Translations under genes and position numbers: made by a program
Part shown: one piece after another, positions 42,066-52,500 of the stretch
Layout of the letters: the number at the start of each line of letters is the position of its first letter
How positions within the stretch are numbered: the stretch's first letter is position 1
The notes under the pieces: generated by a model
The model's input: the letters and a program-made list of their open reading frames with translations, nothing else
The model's database searches: none
Told to the model about the DNA's origin: nothing
Assembly (NCBI GenBank): GCA_963781585.1
Contig: CAWAGQ010000013.1
Span: forward strand, 384,001-448,000
Reading direction: 5' to 3'
Source of the DNA: an uncultured Gemmatimonadaceae bacterium
Lineage (GTDB): Bacteria; Gemmatimonadota; Gemmatimonadetes; Gemmatimonadales; Gemmatimonadaceae
DNA: 64,000 nucleotides

Positions 42066-42386
42066 CTATGCCCGGCGCGTCGGCCGGCGATCGTCGGCCG
42101 GCAGGTGTGTCACCCGCAGTCCGTCGCGCTCGAGCCGGCGGTCCTTCCACGCCCACCAGTTGAGCAGCGCCGGGTCGGGTCGCGCGCTGCGGGCGGCGTA
42201 CACCGCGCAGCGGAACGTATAGAGCACGCAGGGATCCTGTCGCTGGCGCCGCAGATCGCACAGGGCGCGATACAGGCGTTCCGGATCGCGTCGCGCCAGG
42301 TCACGAATCGAACGCACGCCAAGCGTGCGGAGGTCGGCGGCGATGCTCGGACCGACGCCGGGCAGCCGTTGCAGTTCGTCACGCAT
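42066..42386 (-). CDS. Helix-hairpin-helix protein (Cdd1 / mitomycin-resistance-like)
   Basis: LQRLPGVGPSIAADLRTLGV..DPERLY..LC...QDPCVLYTFRCAVY...NWWAWKD. Confidence 0.88.
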   Translation of the reverse strand: MRDELQRLPGVGPSIAADLRTLGVRSIRDLARRDPERLYRALCDLRRQRQDPCVLYTFRCAVYAARSARPDPALLNWWAWKDRRLERDGLRVTHLPADDRRPTRRA

Positions 42387-42746
42387 GGTTCCCATCCCTG
42401 TGGAAGCGAACGCGCGTGGCCGCGTGGGACCCATCCCGCGGAACCCGTTTGACTGGTGCGGCGTCCCGATGGCGGCTCTCCCGTCCGGGTGCACGCCTGA
42501 CATCAGCTCCAGCCCGGATGGGACAGGTACCACAATACGGCCATTGGCCCGCTTCGACCAGATTATCATGCGCTCGTAACGAAGGGCTAATCCTGCCGTA
42601 ACCGAATCGCCGCGCCGCCGGGGTACTGCCCGGAATGCACCCGGCGCGCGCGTGGATGACGCAACCCAAATTCCGGTCCTGAATACAGGAGAGGAACCCT
42701 GGCCCTTCCGCCTGCCGCTTCGATACGTCGTCCAGGTCTCGCCACG

Positions 42747-44192
42747 ATGTGCCGTCCGTCACCTTCGGTGTCGTGGCTGGCGCTGCTGGCGCTGGCGTGC
42801 TCCGCAGCGCGGATGCGACCCGCGGCGGACTTGGCGACGCCCGCCTGCGAGACCCGGGCCGGGGCCGGCCGGTTGGTCGATTCGCTCGTGGTGGCGGTGA
42901 CCGGAGACATCGCGCCGACGCGAATGATGCGAATGCCTAACGCCGGCGAGCGATTCGTGTTCGCGCAGGCCTACGAAACGCCGGTGCGGCGGGATTGCAC
43001 GGGGCGCCTCGTCCCCGGCCTGGCGGCCTCGTGGCGGTACGACAGCGTCTCGACGGCGTGGACGATCGTCCTCCGCGACAGCGCGCGCTTCTGGAACGGC
43101 GACCCGGTAACGGCGCCCGCGGTCCTCGAGGCCTGGCAGAGCGATCCGTTCGGCGCCGGCGACCCGCTGGCGCCGCGCCTGCTCGACTCCGCTATGGCGA
43201 TCGACAGCCGGACGATCGTCGTCAGGCTGAATGCCGCGGGAGCATCCGTGCTGGCGGACCCCAGGCTGGCCGTGGCGCGCGCGCGTGCCGCCTCCCGATG
43301 GCCCGAAGGCACGGGCGCCTACGCGGTTCGCCCGTCGGCCGGCGCAACCGTGGAGCTCGCGCGCACCACGCCCGGCGCCACACCGCGCGTAGTCGTGCGC
43401 GCCGTATCGGAGGCACAGGCGCGCGACTTCGTCGATGCGGGGGTGGACCTCCTCCTCACCGACAACCGGCGCGTCGCCGCCTACGCTGCCACCCGGGACG
43501 ATCTGTCCTCGGTGACCCTGCCGGTCGACCGCACCTATGTGCTGGTGAGCCCGTACGCGGGCGTGAATGACGCCGGCGCGAGATCTGTTGTTGAGAGTGG
43601 CGCCGGTGTATCGCGCCTTGGCGAGGCGCTCGCGCGCGACGCTGTCGGATTCGAGGCGCGCCCGCCCGCGACCCCCACCTGGTGGACGCAGGCCGTCGGG
43701 TGCGGACTGCCCGCGCCGACCGTTCCTGCCAGATCCGTGGATCAACCGGTTCCGCGCGTGGTCTTTCGTCGCGGTGATGACTTTGCCCGCGGTCTCGCCA
43801 ATCGTCTGGCCGCCCTCGCCGCGATCGGCGGCGCCGCTGATTCGGCGTCGCTCGGCGCGGTTGCGCCCGGCCTCCTCACCGCCGGAAACGCGCTCCGCGC
43901 AACGGGCCTCGCGGCAGGCGATTTCGCCAGCGCGCTGGCGAGCGGAGACGCCCTCGGGTTCATCGTGGATCTTCCCCGACAACCCCTCGCGCCCTGCGTC
44001 GATCTGGCCGCTCTTGCCCGAACCATGCCGTGGCTGGCGTGGCGCGAAACCGGCGTGCCGGCAATCACGCCGCTGGTGGATGCGTACTGGCGCGCCTTCT
44101 TCAGGCGGGATGGCGCGGGATTTCTGCTCGACGGTGATGGCGGCATGCGGCTGACCAACGCGCCGACGCCGCGCGGCGGGATGGTGCCGTGA
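42747..44192 (+). CDS. Family-5-like solute-binding lipoprotein
   Basis: Lipobox LALAC, YETPVR..GRLVPGLAASW, LRDSARFWNGDPVTA; GTGA overlap with the kinase. Confidence 0.75.
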   Translation: MCRPSPSVSWLALLALACSAARMRPAADLATPACETRAGAGRLVDSLVVAVTGDIAPTRMMRMPNAGERFVFAQAYETPVRRDCTGRLVPGLAASWRYDSVSTAWTIVLRDSARFWNGDPVTAPAVLEAWQSDPFGAGDPLAPRLLDSAMAIDSRTIVVRLNAAGASVLADPRLAVARARAASRWPEGTGAYAVRPSAGATVELARTTPGATPRVVVRAVSEAQARDFVDAGVDLLLTDNRRVAAYAATRDDLSSVTLPVDRTYVLVSPYAGVNDAGARSVVESGAGVSRLGEALARDAVGFEARPPATPTWWTQAVGCGLPAPTVPARSVDQPVPRVVFRRGDDFARGLANRLAALAAIGGAADSASLGAVAPGLLTAGNALRATGLAAGDFASALASGDALGFIVDLPRQPLAPCVDLAALARTMPWLAWRETGVPAITPLVDAYWRAFFRRDGAGFLLDGDGGMRLTNAPTPRGGMVP

Positions 44193-45868
44193 CCTTCCGC
44201 GCACGGCTCCTCGCCGCATTTACAGCAGCTACCGCGATTCCACTCGTACTGCTGGGGGTCGGGGTGCGTCACCAGCTGCGCTCGCGCCTCGAACTGCAGT
44301 ACCGCCGCCGTGTCGACGCCCAGGTGGCGGTGGCGAGCGAGGATCTGGGACGCCAGTCGGCGGCCATTGCCGATCGTCTCGCCGCGCTCGCCCACGGGGT
44401 GCCCGACGACGACCGCTTCCGCCTGGCTGCGGTGCGTGGCGTGCAGGACGAGCGCCCGTACCTGCTCGACTATGCCGGTCGCGCCATGCGGCTCGCCGGC
44501 CTCTCCATGTTGCAGGTGGAAGACGAACGCGGCCGCATTCTCAGCTCCGGGCACTTTCGCAACGAATTCGACCGGCTGGAACCCGATCTCCCCGCGCTGA
44601 TGTCGCGCGCAAATGGCCAGCCCACACTGGTGCGGGCGCGGGCACCGGATGGACCGCTGCTGGTTCTCGCCCGGGTCGACTCCACGCGGGTAGCCGGGCG
44701 CCGATTCACGCTGGTGGGCGGCGTCGCCGTGGATAGCGTGTTTCTGCGCCGGCTGGCCCGCGACCCGGCGGTCGGCATCGCGCTCGTGGTATCGGGTGAC
44801 AGCGCCACGATATCCGCGCCGCACGCCGTCGTCGCGGAGATCCCACTCGCGTTCATCGATGCGGCGAGTCGGGACGCACCGACGCTCGGCGCGGCCCGCC
44901 TGACGATTACGCAGCCGCTGGGCGATCTCGACGCGCTGCTTGGCAGTGTGAATCGCTGGTTTCTCGCGGCGCTGGCGGGCGCCATCGGCCTGAGTGCGGC
45001 GCTGGCCGCCTGGTTCTCGGCGCGGCTGAGCCGTCCGCTCACGGTTCTCGCCGCTGCCACCGGGCGGATCGAGCTCGACGGCCCCGAGGTGGCCCTCGGG
45101 TTCGATCGCGACGATGAGATCGGGACGCTGGCCAGACGATTGAGCGCGATGGCGACCCGGTTGCGATCGAGCGCCGGACGACTGCGTGCCGCCGAGCGGC
45201 GCGCGACGATCGGCGAAATGGCGCGCCAGGTGAACCACGACATCAAGAACGGGCTGGTTCCGATTCGCAACGTGCTGCGGCATCTGGCGCAGGTGCAGGA
45301 GGAACGGCCCGTCGAGCTGCCGGCCCTGTTCGCCGAACGGCGCAGCACGCTGGAGTCGAGCGTGGCCTACCTTGACACGCTGGCGCGCAACTACGCGCGC
45401 CTGTCTCCCGTTGTGCAACGCACGTGGATGGACGTCAATGCTATCGTCGCCGAGGTGGGGCGCGCCGCCGCGGGCTCCGACGGTGCGCTCGTCGTGTCGG
45501 ATCCGGCTCCCGCTCTTCCCCGGATCTCTGGCGACCCGGTCCTGCTCCGGCGCATTCTCGAGAATCTCGTTCGCAACGGGATCGAGAGTCTGGAGGGCCG
45601 TGCCGGCACGGTCACGCTGCGGACCGCCGGCTCCCCGGACCGGGGCGTGCGGGTCACCGTTGCGGATACCGGTCACGGTATGACGCGCGAGGAGATCGAG
45701 CGCGCGTTCGACGACTTTCACACCACCAGGAAGGGGGGCACCGGACTCGGGCTGTCGGTGGTGCGACGACTCACGGCCGATCTGCAGGGCACGCTTCGAA
45801 TCGAGAGCGAGCCGGGGCGCGGAACGACCGTGGTCCTCGACTTCCCGGGGGCGAGTATGCCCGTGTGA
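44189..45868 (+). CDS. Membrane HAMP sensor histidine kinase (NtrY-like H-box)
   Basis: Two TM segments, RDDEIGTLA HAMP, MARQVNHDIKN, NLVRNGIES, DTGHGM, GTGLGL. Confidence 0.92.
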   Translation: MTFRARLLAAFTAATAIPLVLLGVGVRHQLRSRLELQYRRRVDAQVAVASEDLGRQSAAIADRLAALAHGVPDDDRFRLAAVRGVQDERPYLLDYAGRAMRLAGLSMLQVEDERGRILSSGHFRNEFDRLEPDLPALMSRANGQPTLVRARAPDGPLLVLARVDSTRVAGRRFTLVGGVAVDSVFLRRLARDPAVGIALVVSGDSATISAPHAVVAEIPLAFIDAASRDAPTLGAARLTITQPLGDLDALLGSVNRWFLAALAGAIGLSAALAAWFSARLSRPLTVLAAATGRIELDGPEVALGFDRDDEIGTLARRLSAMATRLRSSAGRLRAAERRATIGEMARQVNHDIKNGLVPIRNVLRHLAQVQEERPVELPALFAERRSTLESSVAYLDTLARNYARLSPVVQRTWMDVNAIVAEVGRAAAGSDGALVVSDPAPALPRISGDPVLLRRILENLVRNGIESLEGRAGTVTLRTAGSPDRGVRVTVADTGHGMTREEIERAFDDFHTTRKGGTGLGLSVVRRLTADLQGTLRIESEPGRGTTVVLDFPGASMPV

Positions 45869-45959
45869 TCTCGTCAGGCAGGCTACCGTGTTCACGGCTC
45901 GTTTGCGCCAGTCCCGCGTCCCCGCACGCCGGTTCGCCCGTCCCCATCTTCCCTTGACC

Positions 45960-47324
45960 ATGCTCTCGGTTCTGATTGTCGACGACGTCACCCCACTGGC
46001 CGAGCAGTACGCCTACGACCTGCGCCGACTCGGCGGATTCGAGACGGTCACCGCGTCGAGCGGCGAGGCGGCGCTCGAAGTGCTGGGTCGCGAAGCGGTG
46101 GATTGCGTGATCCTCGACCTCGAGATGCCCGGGCTGGACGGGTTCGGCGTGCTTCGCGCCATGCGCGAACGCAGGATGGATACCCCGGTGATCGTCTACA
46201 CCGGCACCGGGAACTTCGAGCGGTGTGTGCAGGCGATGCGGCTGGGGGCGTTCACGTTCATCGACAAGGCCGAGCCGCTGGAGCGCGTGGTGCGCGAGGT
46301 CGAAACCGCCGCCGAGCGACGACAGTTGCTGGCGGATGTGGCCTCCCTGCGCCGTTATGCGGCCGAGGATTCGGCTCTGCTGGGTGACAGCCCGGCGATG
46401 CGGCGTCTCAAGGCGACGATCGCCCGGGTGGCACCGATTCCGAGTCCGGTGCTCGTCATCGGAGAGAGCGGGTCCGGGAAGGAGCTTGTGGCGCGAGACA
46501 TTCACCGGCTGAGCGGCCGCGCGCGCGAGCCGTTCGTGGCGGTGAACTGTGCGGCGCTCCCCGAGAACCTGGTGGAGAGCGAGCTGTTCGGGCACGAACG
46601 CGGCGCGTTCACCGGCGCGGTGGCGACGCGCCGGGGCGCCTTCGAGGCAGCGGGGAAGGGGACGCTCTTTCTCGACGAGATCGGTGAGCTGCCCCTTCCG
46701 GCGCAGGCCAAGCTGCTCCGCGTGCTTGAGGAGCGTGCGGTCGTCCGGCTGGGAACGTCCAGGAACGTCACAGTGCCGGCGCGGGTGGTGGTGGCCACGC
46801 ATCGCAATCTGGACGAGGATGTTTCCTCGGGCCGCTTTCGCCAGGATCTTCTCTTCCGGCTCAACGCCCACATCCTGGTGGTGCCGCCGTTGCGCGACCG
46901 GCTCTCCGACCTGCCGGAGCTGGCCGCTCATCTGGTGGCCTCGATCTGCGAACGGTTCGGGATGCGACCGAAGCGGCTGGCACCGCCGGCGGTCGACGCG
47001 CTGTCCCGCCACGACTGGCGGCGCAACAACGTGCGCGAGCTCAGGAACGTGATCGAGCGGATGGTGATCGAATCCGACGGCGACGTGATCGGGGCCGAGC
47101 ACGTTCCCGGCGAGCTCCTGACGGCGGTGCCCGCGACATCGCCCACGCCGGGTGGCGCCGTTCGCACGTTCCTCGAGCTCAAGGCCGAGGCGGAACGGCA
47201 GATCATCGTGGCGGCGCTCGAGCGCAACGAGTGGCACATCACGCGTACGGCGCAGGAGCTGGGGTTGGCCGATCACGCCAGCCTGCTGAAGATCATGCGC
47301 CGACACGGCGTGGTGAAGCGTTAG
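45960..47324 (+). CDS. Sigma-54-dependent response regulator (NtrC family)
   Basis: Receiver (VDD, DLEMPGLDG), GESGSGKE, ESELFGHERGAFTGA, LFLDEIGE, NVRELRN, C-terminal HTH. Confidence 0.95.
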   Translation: MLSVLIVDDVTPLAEQYAYDLRRLGGFETVTASSGEAALEVLGREAVDCVILDLEMPGLDGFGVLRAMRERRMDTPVIVYTGTGNFERCVQAMRLGAFTFIDKAEPLERVVREVETAAERRQLLADVASLRRYAAEDSALLGDSPAMRRLKATIARVAPIPSPVLVIGESGSGKELVARDIHRLSGRAREPFVAVNCAALPENLVESELFGHERGAFTGAVATRRGAFEAAGKGTLFLDEIGELPLPAQAKLLRVLEERAVVRLGTSRNVTVPARVVVATHRNLDEDVSSGRFRQDLLFRLNAHILVVPPLRDRLSDLPELAAHLVASICERFGMRPKRLAPPAVDALSRHDWRRNNVRELRNVIERMVIESDGDVIGAEHVPGELLTAVPATSPTPGGAVRTFLELKAEAERQIIVAALERNEWHITRTAQELGLADHASLLKIMRRHGVVKR

Positions 47325-47413
47325 GCAGTCGGCCGGGAGAGAGCGACACTCCCGGCCACCCGCGGAATCACGCTGGCGCAGACACGGCGCCGCGGGGGGA
47401 ACCGCCGGGCGAC

Positions 47414-47563
47414 GTGTCCGCCGGGACACATCAGACCCGGTAGCGCCGTGTTCGCCCGGACACACGCGAGTCGCCGGGGCGACTCCTGTCCGGGCGCAAG
47501 GTCCGCTGTGCCATCCGGTTGCGGCACCGGCCGGTCGCCCGGCGCGGACGGGCCGCCGTTTGC
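47414..47563 (+). promoter_or_regulatory. Two palindromic enhancer-like sites plus a candidate sigma-54 promoter
   Basis: GTGTCC-N4-GGACAC (47414-47429), GTGTTC-N4-GGACAC (47448-47463); GG-N10-GC element CGGGCCGCCGTTTGC (47549-47563). Confidence 0.55.
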
Positions 47564-47625
47564 CTTCTCACGTGGGAGTCACCCACAACCCCGGCGCCTC
47601 AGGCGCCTGACGATAGGAGGAGAAG

Positions 47626-48610
47626 ATGATTCGCACATCCCGACTGGATTCCATCGACCGGTGGCGCATCGCCGCCGTCGCCCTCGCCTCGAGCGCACTC
47701 CTGGCGCTCGTGGCCTGCGGCGGGTCCGAGCAGAGCGGCGGCGAGGCGGCCGTTCCCCCGCCCGTTACCACCACCACTCCCAGCGACACGACCGCCTCGT
47801 CAGGCAGCGTCGGAGCCACGGTGAGTGGGTCCGCGGTCACGGCCTCGTTCGCCGATGGCGAGTCGGCGTACCGGGACAAGCGCTACCGCGACGCCGAGCA
47901 GATGTTCGAGGGATACACGGAGCGCAAGCCGGACAACGCCTGGGGGTTCTACATGCTTGGCCTCTCGGCGTGGAAGGCGGGTGATCTGGAGCCCGCGCGC
48001 ACGGCGCTCGAGCGGTCACGTGAGCTGGATCCGAAGAACGTCAAGACGCTGCTGAACCTGAGTCGGGTACTGCTCGATCAGGACAACGCGAAAGACGCCA
48101 GAATGCGCGTGACCGAGGCCCTGAAGCTCGATTCCACGTCCGGAGAGGTCTACCGCCTGCTGGGCCGCACGCGCGCGGTCCTCAAAGCAGAACGACGAGG
48201 CCATCGATGCCTATCGCACCGCACTGGTCCTCGATCCCACGGATGTCTGGTCGATGAACAACATGGCGCTGCTGATGATCCTGCAGGGGCGCTACGATGA
48301 CGCGCTGGGGCCGCTCGCCCGCGCGGTGCAGATCGACCCCACCGTGCCGGTATTCCAGAACAACCTCGGTATCGCGCTCGAGCGCACCGGACATAACGAG
48401 CTCGCAGCCGGAGCCTATCGGGCCGCCCTCTCGGCGGACAGTACCTATGAAAAGGCGAGCGTGAGCCTGACCCGGCTGGCGAATCGTCCGGACGACCCGG
48501 GCGTGCTGCCGGTGGACCTGGGCGTGCTGGCGGAGTCGTTCGACCGGGCGGTTCGTGAAACGCCGGTCGGCACCGTCACACGCAAGCCGGCGCCGCCGTT
48601 TGATCGCTGA
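47626..48610 (+). pseudogene. TPR-repeat lipoprotein split by a +1 frameshift near 48184 (likely assembly indel)
   Basis: Lipobox LVAC, TPR repeats. CTCAAAGCAG has one extra A; removing it gives LKQNDEAIDAYRTAL..MNNMAL..FQNNLGIALE, continuing the TPRs to 48610. Confidence 0.85.
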
Positions 48611-48618
48611 TGGCGGAG

Positions 48619-48706
48619 CGGAGGCACCCACGCACCGGATGTGGTGCCTCCGGCAGTCGCGACCCCGAACGCCTCCACCGATGTGTGTGGAGGCGTTCGG
48701 GGCGCG
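48619..48706. terminator. Two adjacent hairpins between convergent genes
   Basis: CGGAGGCACC...GGTGCCTCCG, and the 16-bp perfect stem CCCCGAACGCCTCCAC...GTGGAGGCGTTCGGGG. Confidence 0.7.
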
Positions 48707-48708
48707 GG

Positions 48709-49371
48709 TTACCGTCGCACGTTCGGCGCCAGCTCGCGCGCGTGCAGCGCGATTGGCTCGGCCGCGCCGGCCCCCAGCGCTCGCGCTCCGGATTCACCGG
48801 TGATCACGTTGGTCACGTAGCGCTGACTCTCGCCCACCCGCTCCACTTCGATCGCGATGGCATCCACCGCCTGCTCGATTCGCGTCAGGCGCTGACTGAG
48901 CTCGGCGGGCAGCGAGGTGATGACCGCCGCGCCGCGGCGCCACAGGCGCCTGGCGTAACCGATCGCCACGGGGAAGAGGACAAAGACCACCATCGCGACC
49001 GAGAGCGCCCAGAATCCATCCGGCGGTCCGCGGCGGACCGGCGGGGGCATGGGTGGCGGCGACGATCCGGGGACCGCCGCGGCCCGGGCGACCTCGGCGT
49101 TGGCGGAGGCAATCTGCCGGTCGAGCGCCGTGATCTGCTGGTCGATGTCCGTGATGCGCTGCTCGACCCCCTTCCGGTCCACGTCGGTCGCCCCCGACTG
49201 CTGCAGCTGGCGTTGCAGCGAGCGCCGCTTCCCTTCGAGGTTCGACAGCTGATCTCCCAGCTCGCGCCGTTGATTCCGGAACGCCCGCAGCACATCCGCC
49301 GGGTCGGCGTTCGGGTTGCCGACCACTACGGGGATGGCAGGCGGGGCTGGCGCGGGAGTCTGCTGGGGCAT
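48709..49371 (-). CDS. Coiled-coil single-TM hypothetical protein
   Basis: Heptad region, Pro-rich linker, TM segment, RLTRIEQAVDAIAIEVERVGESQRYVT; AGGAGG RBS. Confidence 0.8.
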   Translation of the reverse strand: MPQQTPAPAPPAIPVVVGNPNADPADVLRAFRNQRRELGDQLSNLEGKRRSLQRQLQQSGATDVDRKGVEQRITDIDQQITALDRQIASANAEVARAAAVPGSSPPPMPPPVRRGPPDGFWALSVAMVVFVLFPVAIGYARRLWRRGAAVITSLPAELSQRLTRIEQAVDAIAIEVERVGESQRYVTNVITGESGARALGAGAAEPIALHARELAPNVRR

Positions 49372-49515
49372 CGGCTTCTCCTCCTATGGAACGCGCGCGA
49401 GAGCGCACGCGCCCTCCAAATCTGGGGCAGCACCGGCCCTACGCCAATTGCCAGGAGCGCGTTTCATCCAATGCGAAATCGATGCCGGAAGCGGGCCTCC
49501 GATCGCGTTTTCGCC

Positions 49516-52500
49516 TTACGGAATCTCGCTCACGCCCGCGGCGCGAAGTCGCGCGTTCAGCGCGGGCAGGTCAGTGCCCCGGATCTGGCGCCAATCCGCC
49601 AGGCGCGCATTCGCACTCGTCAGGCGTTCGTTGGCTGCGGCAACCAACTGGGCGGTGGGTGGGCGATCCGCATCCTGCAGGACGCCGTAGATGCTGGTCA
49701 GGTCGCCACGCAGGGCAACCAGATTCGCGGTGTTCGCCGCCACTCCGCGTCCGGCCCGGCCACCGCCACCGGTGGCACCGCCGCGCCCCGCGCGCCCGCG
49801 ACCGCTGCCGCCCCCGTCGATCGCGTCGATCCTGGCCCGCACGCCGGCGGTGGCGTCGGCCAGCTGGGGTGCCTTTGCCTCGCGGTCGGCGAGCTGCGCC
49901 CGCAGCGCCCGGGCCGCGGCCAGCGCGTCGGCGCTCCCATTGATGGCGTCGTACACTCGCATCAGCAGTATTTGCGCGGTCTGCAGCGCGAGCGCCGGCG
50001 TCTTCACCCGCGGGTCCATGCGCACGGTCAGAGGCTGGGTATGGGAATGTCCGTCGACGGTGAGGCGCACGGTGTACCGCCCGGGCGCCACCAACGGGCC
50101 TAACGGTTCGGGCACGGTCCGTCCCGGAATGGCGCTGATCGGGAAGGAGAAGGTCTCCACCCGGGGCCGCGGGTATCGCAGATCCCACACGAACCGGTGC
50201 AGCCCCGGTTCGGTCCGGAGGTCGGGCCAGGGCCGGATCCACCAGTCCGGCCAGTTGCCTTCCGAGCGCGGGTCCGGGACCGGATTCACGCCCTTGTCGT
50301 ATCGGCGCACGAGGTTCCCGGATGGGTCCAGCAGCTCCAGGGTGAGCTGGGTGGCGGGATTCTTCAGGTAGTAGTCGATCGGGACCCCGTCGGGTGGATT
50401 CGGCGCGCGTGGCTCGTCAGGCGGAAGGGGCGTGTCGGTGTACATGCTGAACCGCACACGGGTGGCCAGTTCCGGGCGGAACAGGGCTGCGTCCCGCGCC
50501 GTCACCTCGGCCGAGAGCTGGCGGAGCGGGGTGGCGTCGTCGAGGATCCAGAAGCCGCGCCCGTGGGTGCCGACGACGATGTCGTCGTCCTTGATGACGA
50601 GATCGCGGATGGACGTGGCCGGCATGTTGGTGCGGAGCGACTGCCAATGGTCGCCGTCGTCGAACGACACCCAGACCTCGGTCTCGCTTCCGGCGTAGAG
50701 CAGGCCGCGCCGAGCGGGGTCCTCGCGTACCACGTTGATGGTCGCCCCGCTGTCGATGCCGGCCACGATCTCGGTCCAGGTCTTCCCGCCGTCGTGCGTG
50801 CGGTAGATGTGCGGCCGGAAATCGTCGAGCCGGATGGTATTTACCGCCGCATAGGCGCCCAGCGTGTCGAAGTGCGAAGCGTCCATGATCGAGACTTTCG
50901 CCCACGGGACGAGTTGCCGCGGGGTGACGTTCTTCCAGGTCGCTCCGCCGTTGAAGGTGACCTGGATCAGGCCGTCGTCGGTGCCGGCCCAGAGAATGCG
51001 TTCCTTCAGGTACGAGGGCGCGATCGTGTACACCACGCCCGGATGCCGCGCCATGGCCGACGCGGTGGTGGCGTACTTCCCCACGTTAGGCGGAACCACC
51101 GAGTCGGTCCGCGTGAGGTCGGGGCTGATCTGACGCCAGCTCTGTCCGCCGTTGACCGTCTCCCATACGCTGTTCATCCCGAGGTAGAGCTTGCGCGGGT
51201 TCACCGGCGAGAAGAGCAGCGGGGCGGTGCGGAGCGCGCGGTAGTTCGCATCCCGGAACGGTTTCGGTGACACGTCCTGGGTCTGCCCGGTGCGATAGTC
51301 GAAGCGCGTGACCTTGCCCCCGTAGACGATATCCGGGTCGAGGGGATCCGGGGCCACGTACCCGTACTCCTCCGTGCCCACCGGACGCCACTCCCGGAAG
51401 GTGAGCTGCCCGTCGTTCCCGCGGCTGGCGACGCACGCCGAACCCGATTCCTGCTGTCCGCTGCACACGCGGTACGGCCAGGAGTTGTCGGTGGCCACGT
51501 GGTACATCTGCGCGGTGGGCTGGTTGTACCACGAACTCCAGCTCTCGCCGCCATTGACCGAGATGATCGCCCCCTGGTCGCTCGCGATCAGCAGAATCTG
51601 CGGATTGTCGGGATTGATCCAGAGCCGATGGTAGTCGTCGCCACCGGGCGCGCCCCGCACCATCGACCAGGTGGCGCCACCGTCGGTGGACCGCCACACG
51701 ACGATGCTCAGGCACCAGACGATGTCGGGGTTGCGGGGGTCGACCTTGACCTCGGCGAAGTCGCTCTCACGCGTCGTCACGCGCGCGTCGGTCCCGACCT
51801 TGCGCCAGTTGGCACCCGCGTCGTCGGAGCGGTACACGCCGGTGCGCGCTCCGGCGTCCACGGTGAGGTAGAGCCGGTTGCGGTCGCTCGGCGAGACACC
51901 GATCCCGATGCGCCCGAGGCCATCGGCGGGAGTGGGCAGGCCGTTCATGACGGGTTTCCAGGTGCTGCCACCGTCGGTGGACTTGAACAACCCGGTCCCC
52001 TCGCCCTGCCAGACGCCGTTCTCCCACGGCGCCTGCCGTGATTCCCAGAGGGCGGCATAGAGCGTGTTGGGGTCGTCAGGCGCGAAGGCGACGTCGATCG
52101 CCCCGGTGTTCTCGTCCCGGTACAGCACCTTCTGGAACGACCGGCCGCCGTCGGTGGACCGGAACAGCCCGCGCTCCGCGTTAGGCCCGTAGGGATGTCC
52201 CAGCACCGCGACGAACAGGCGGTTGGGATCGCGCGGGTCGACGAGGATCTGGGGAATCTGCTGGCCGTCGCGGAGTCCGAGATGGGTCCATGTCCGTCCG
52301 GCATCGGTCGACTTGTAGATGCCGTCGCCGGTCGAGAGGTCGGGGCGTTGCAGTCCTTCGCCGCTGCCCACGTACATGATGTTGGGGTCGCTCGGCGCCA
52401 CCGCCAGCGCGCCCACCGAGCCCGTGGGTGCCTGATCGAAGATGGGACTCCACGTGCGGCCGTAGTCGGTGGTCTGCCACACCCCGCCGTCGGTGGCCGC

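Noticed and set aside
42390..42746. Relatively AT-rich intergenic stretch as a possible sRNA or small gene
   Set aside because: Consistent with a divergent promoter region; no supportable ORF or RNA motif.
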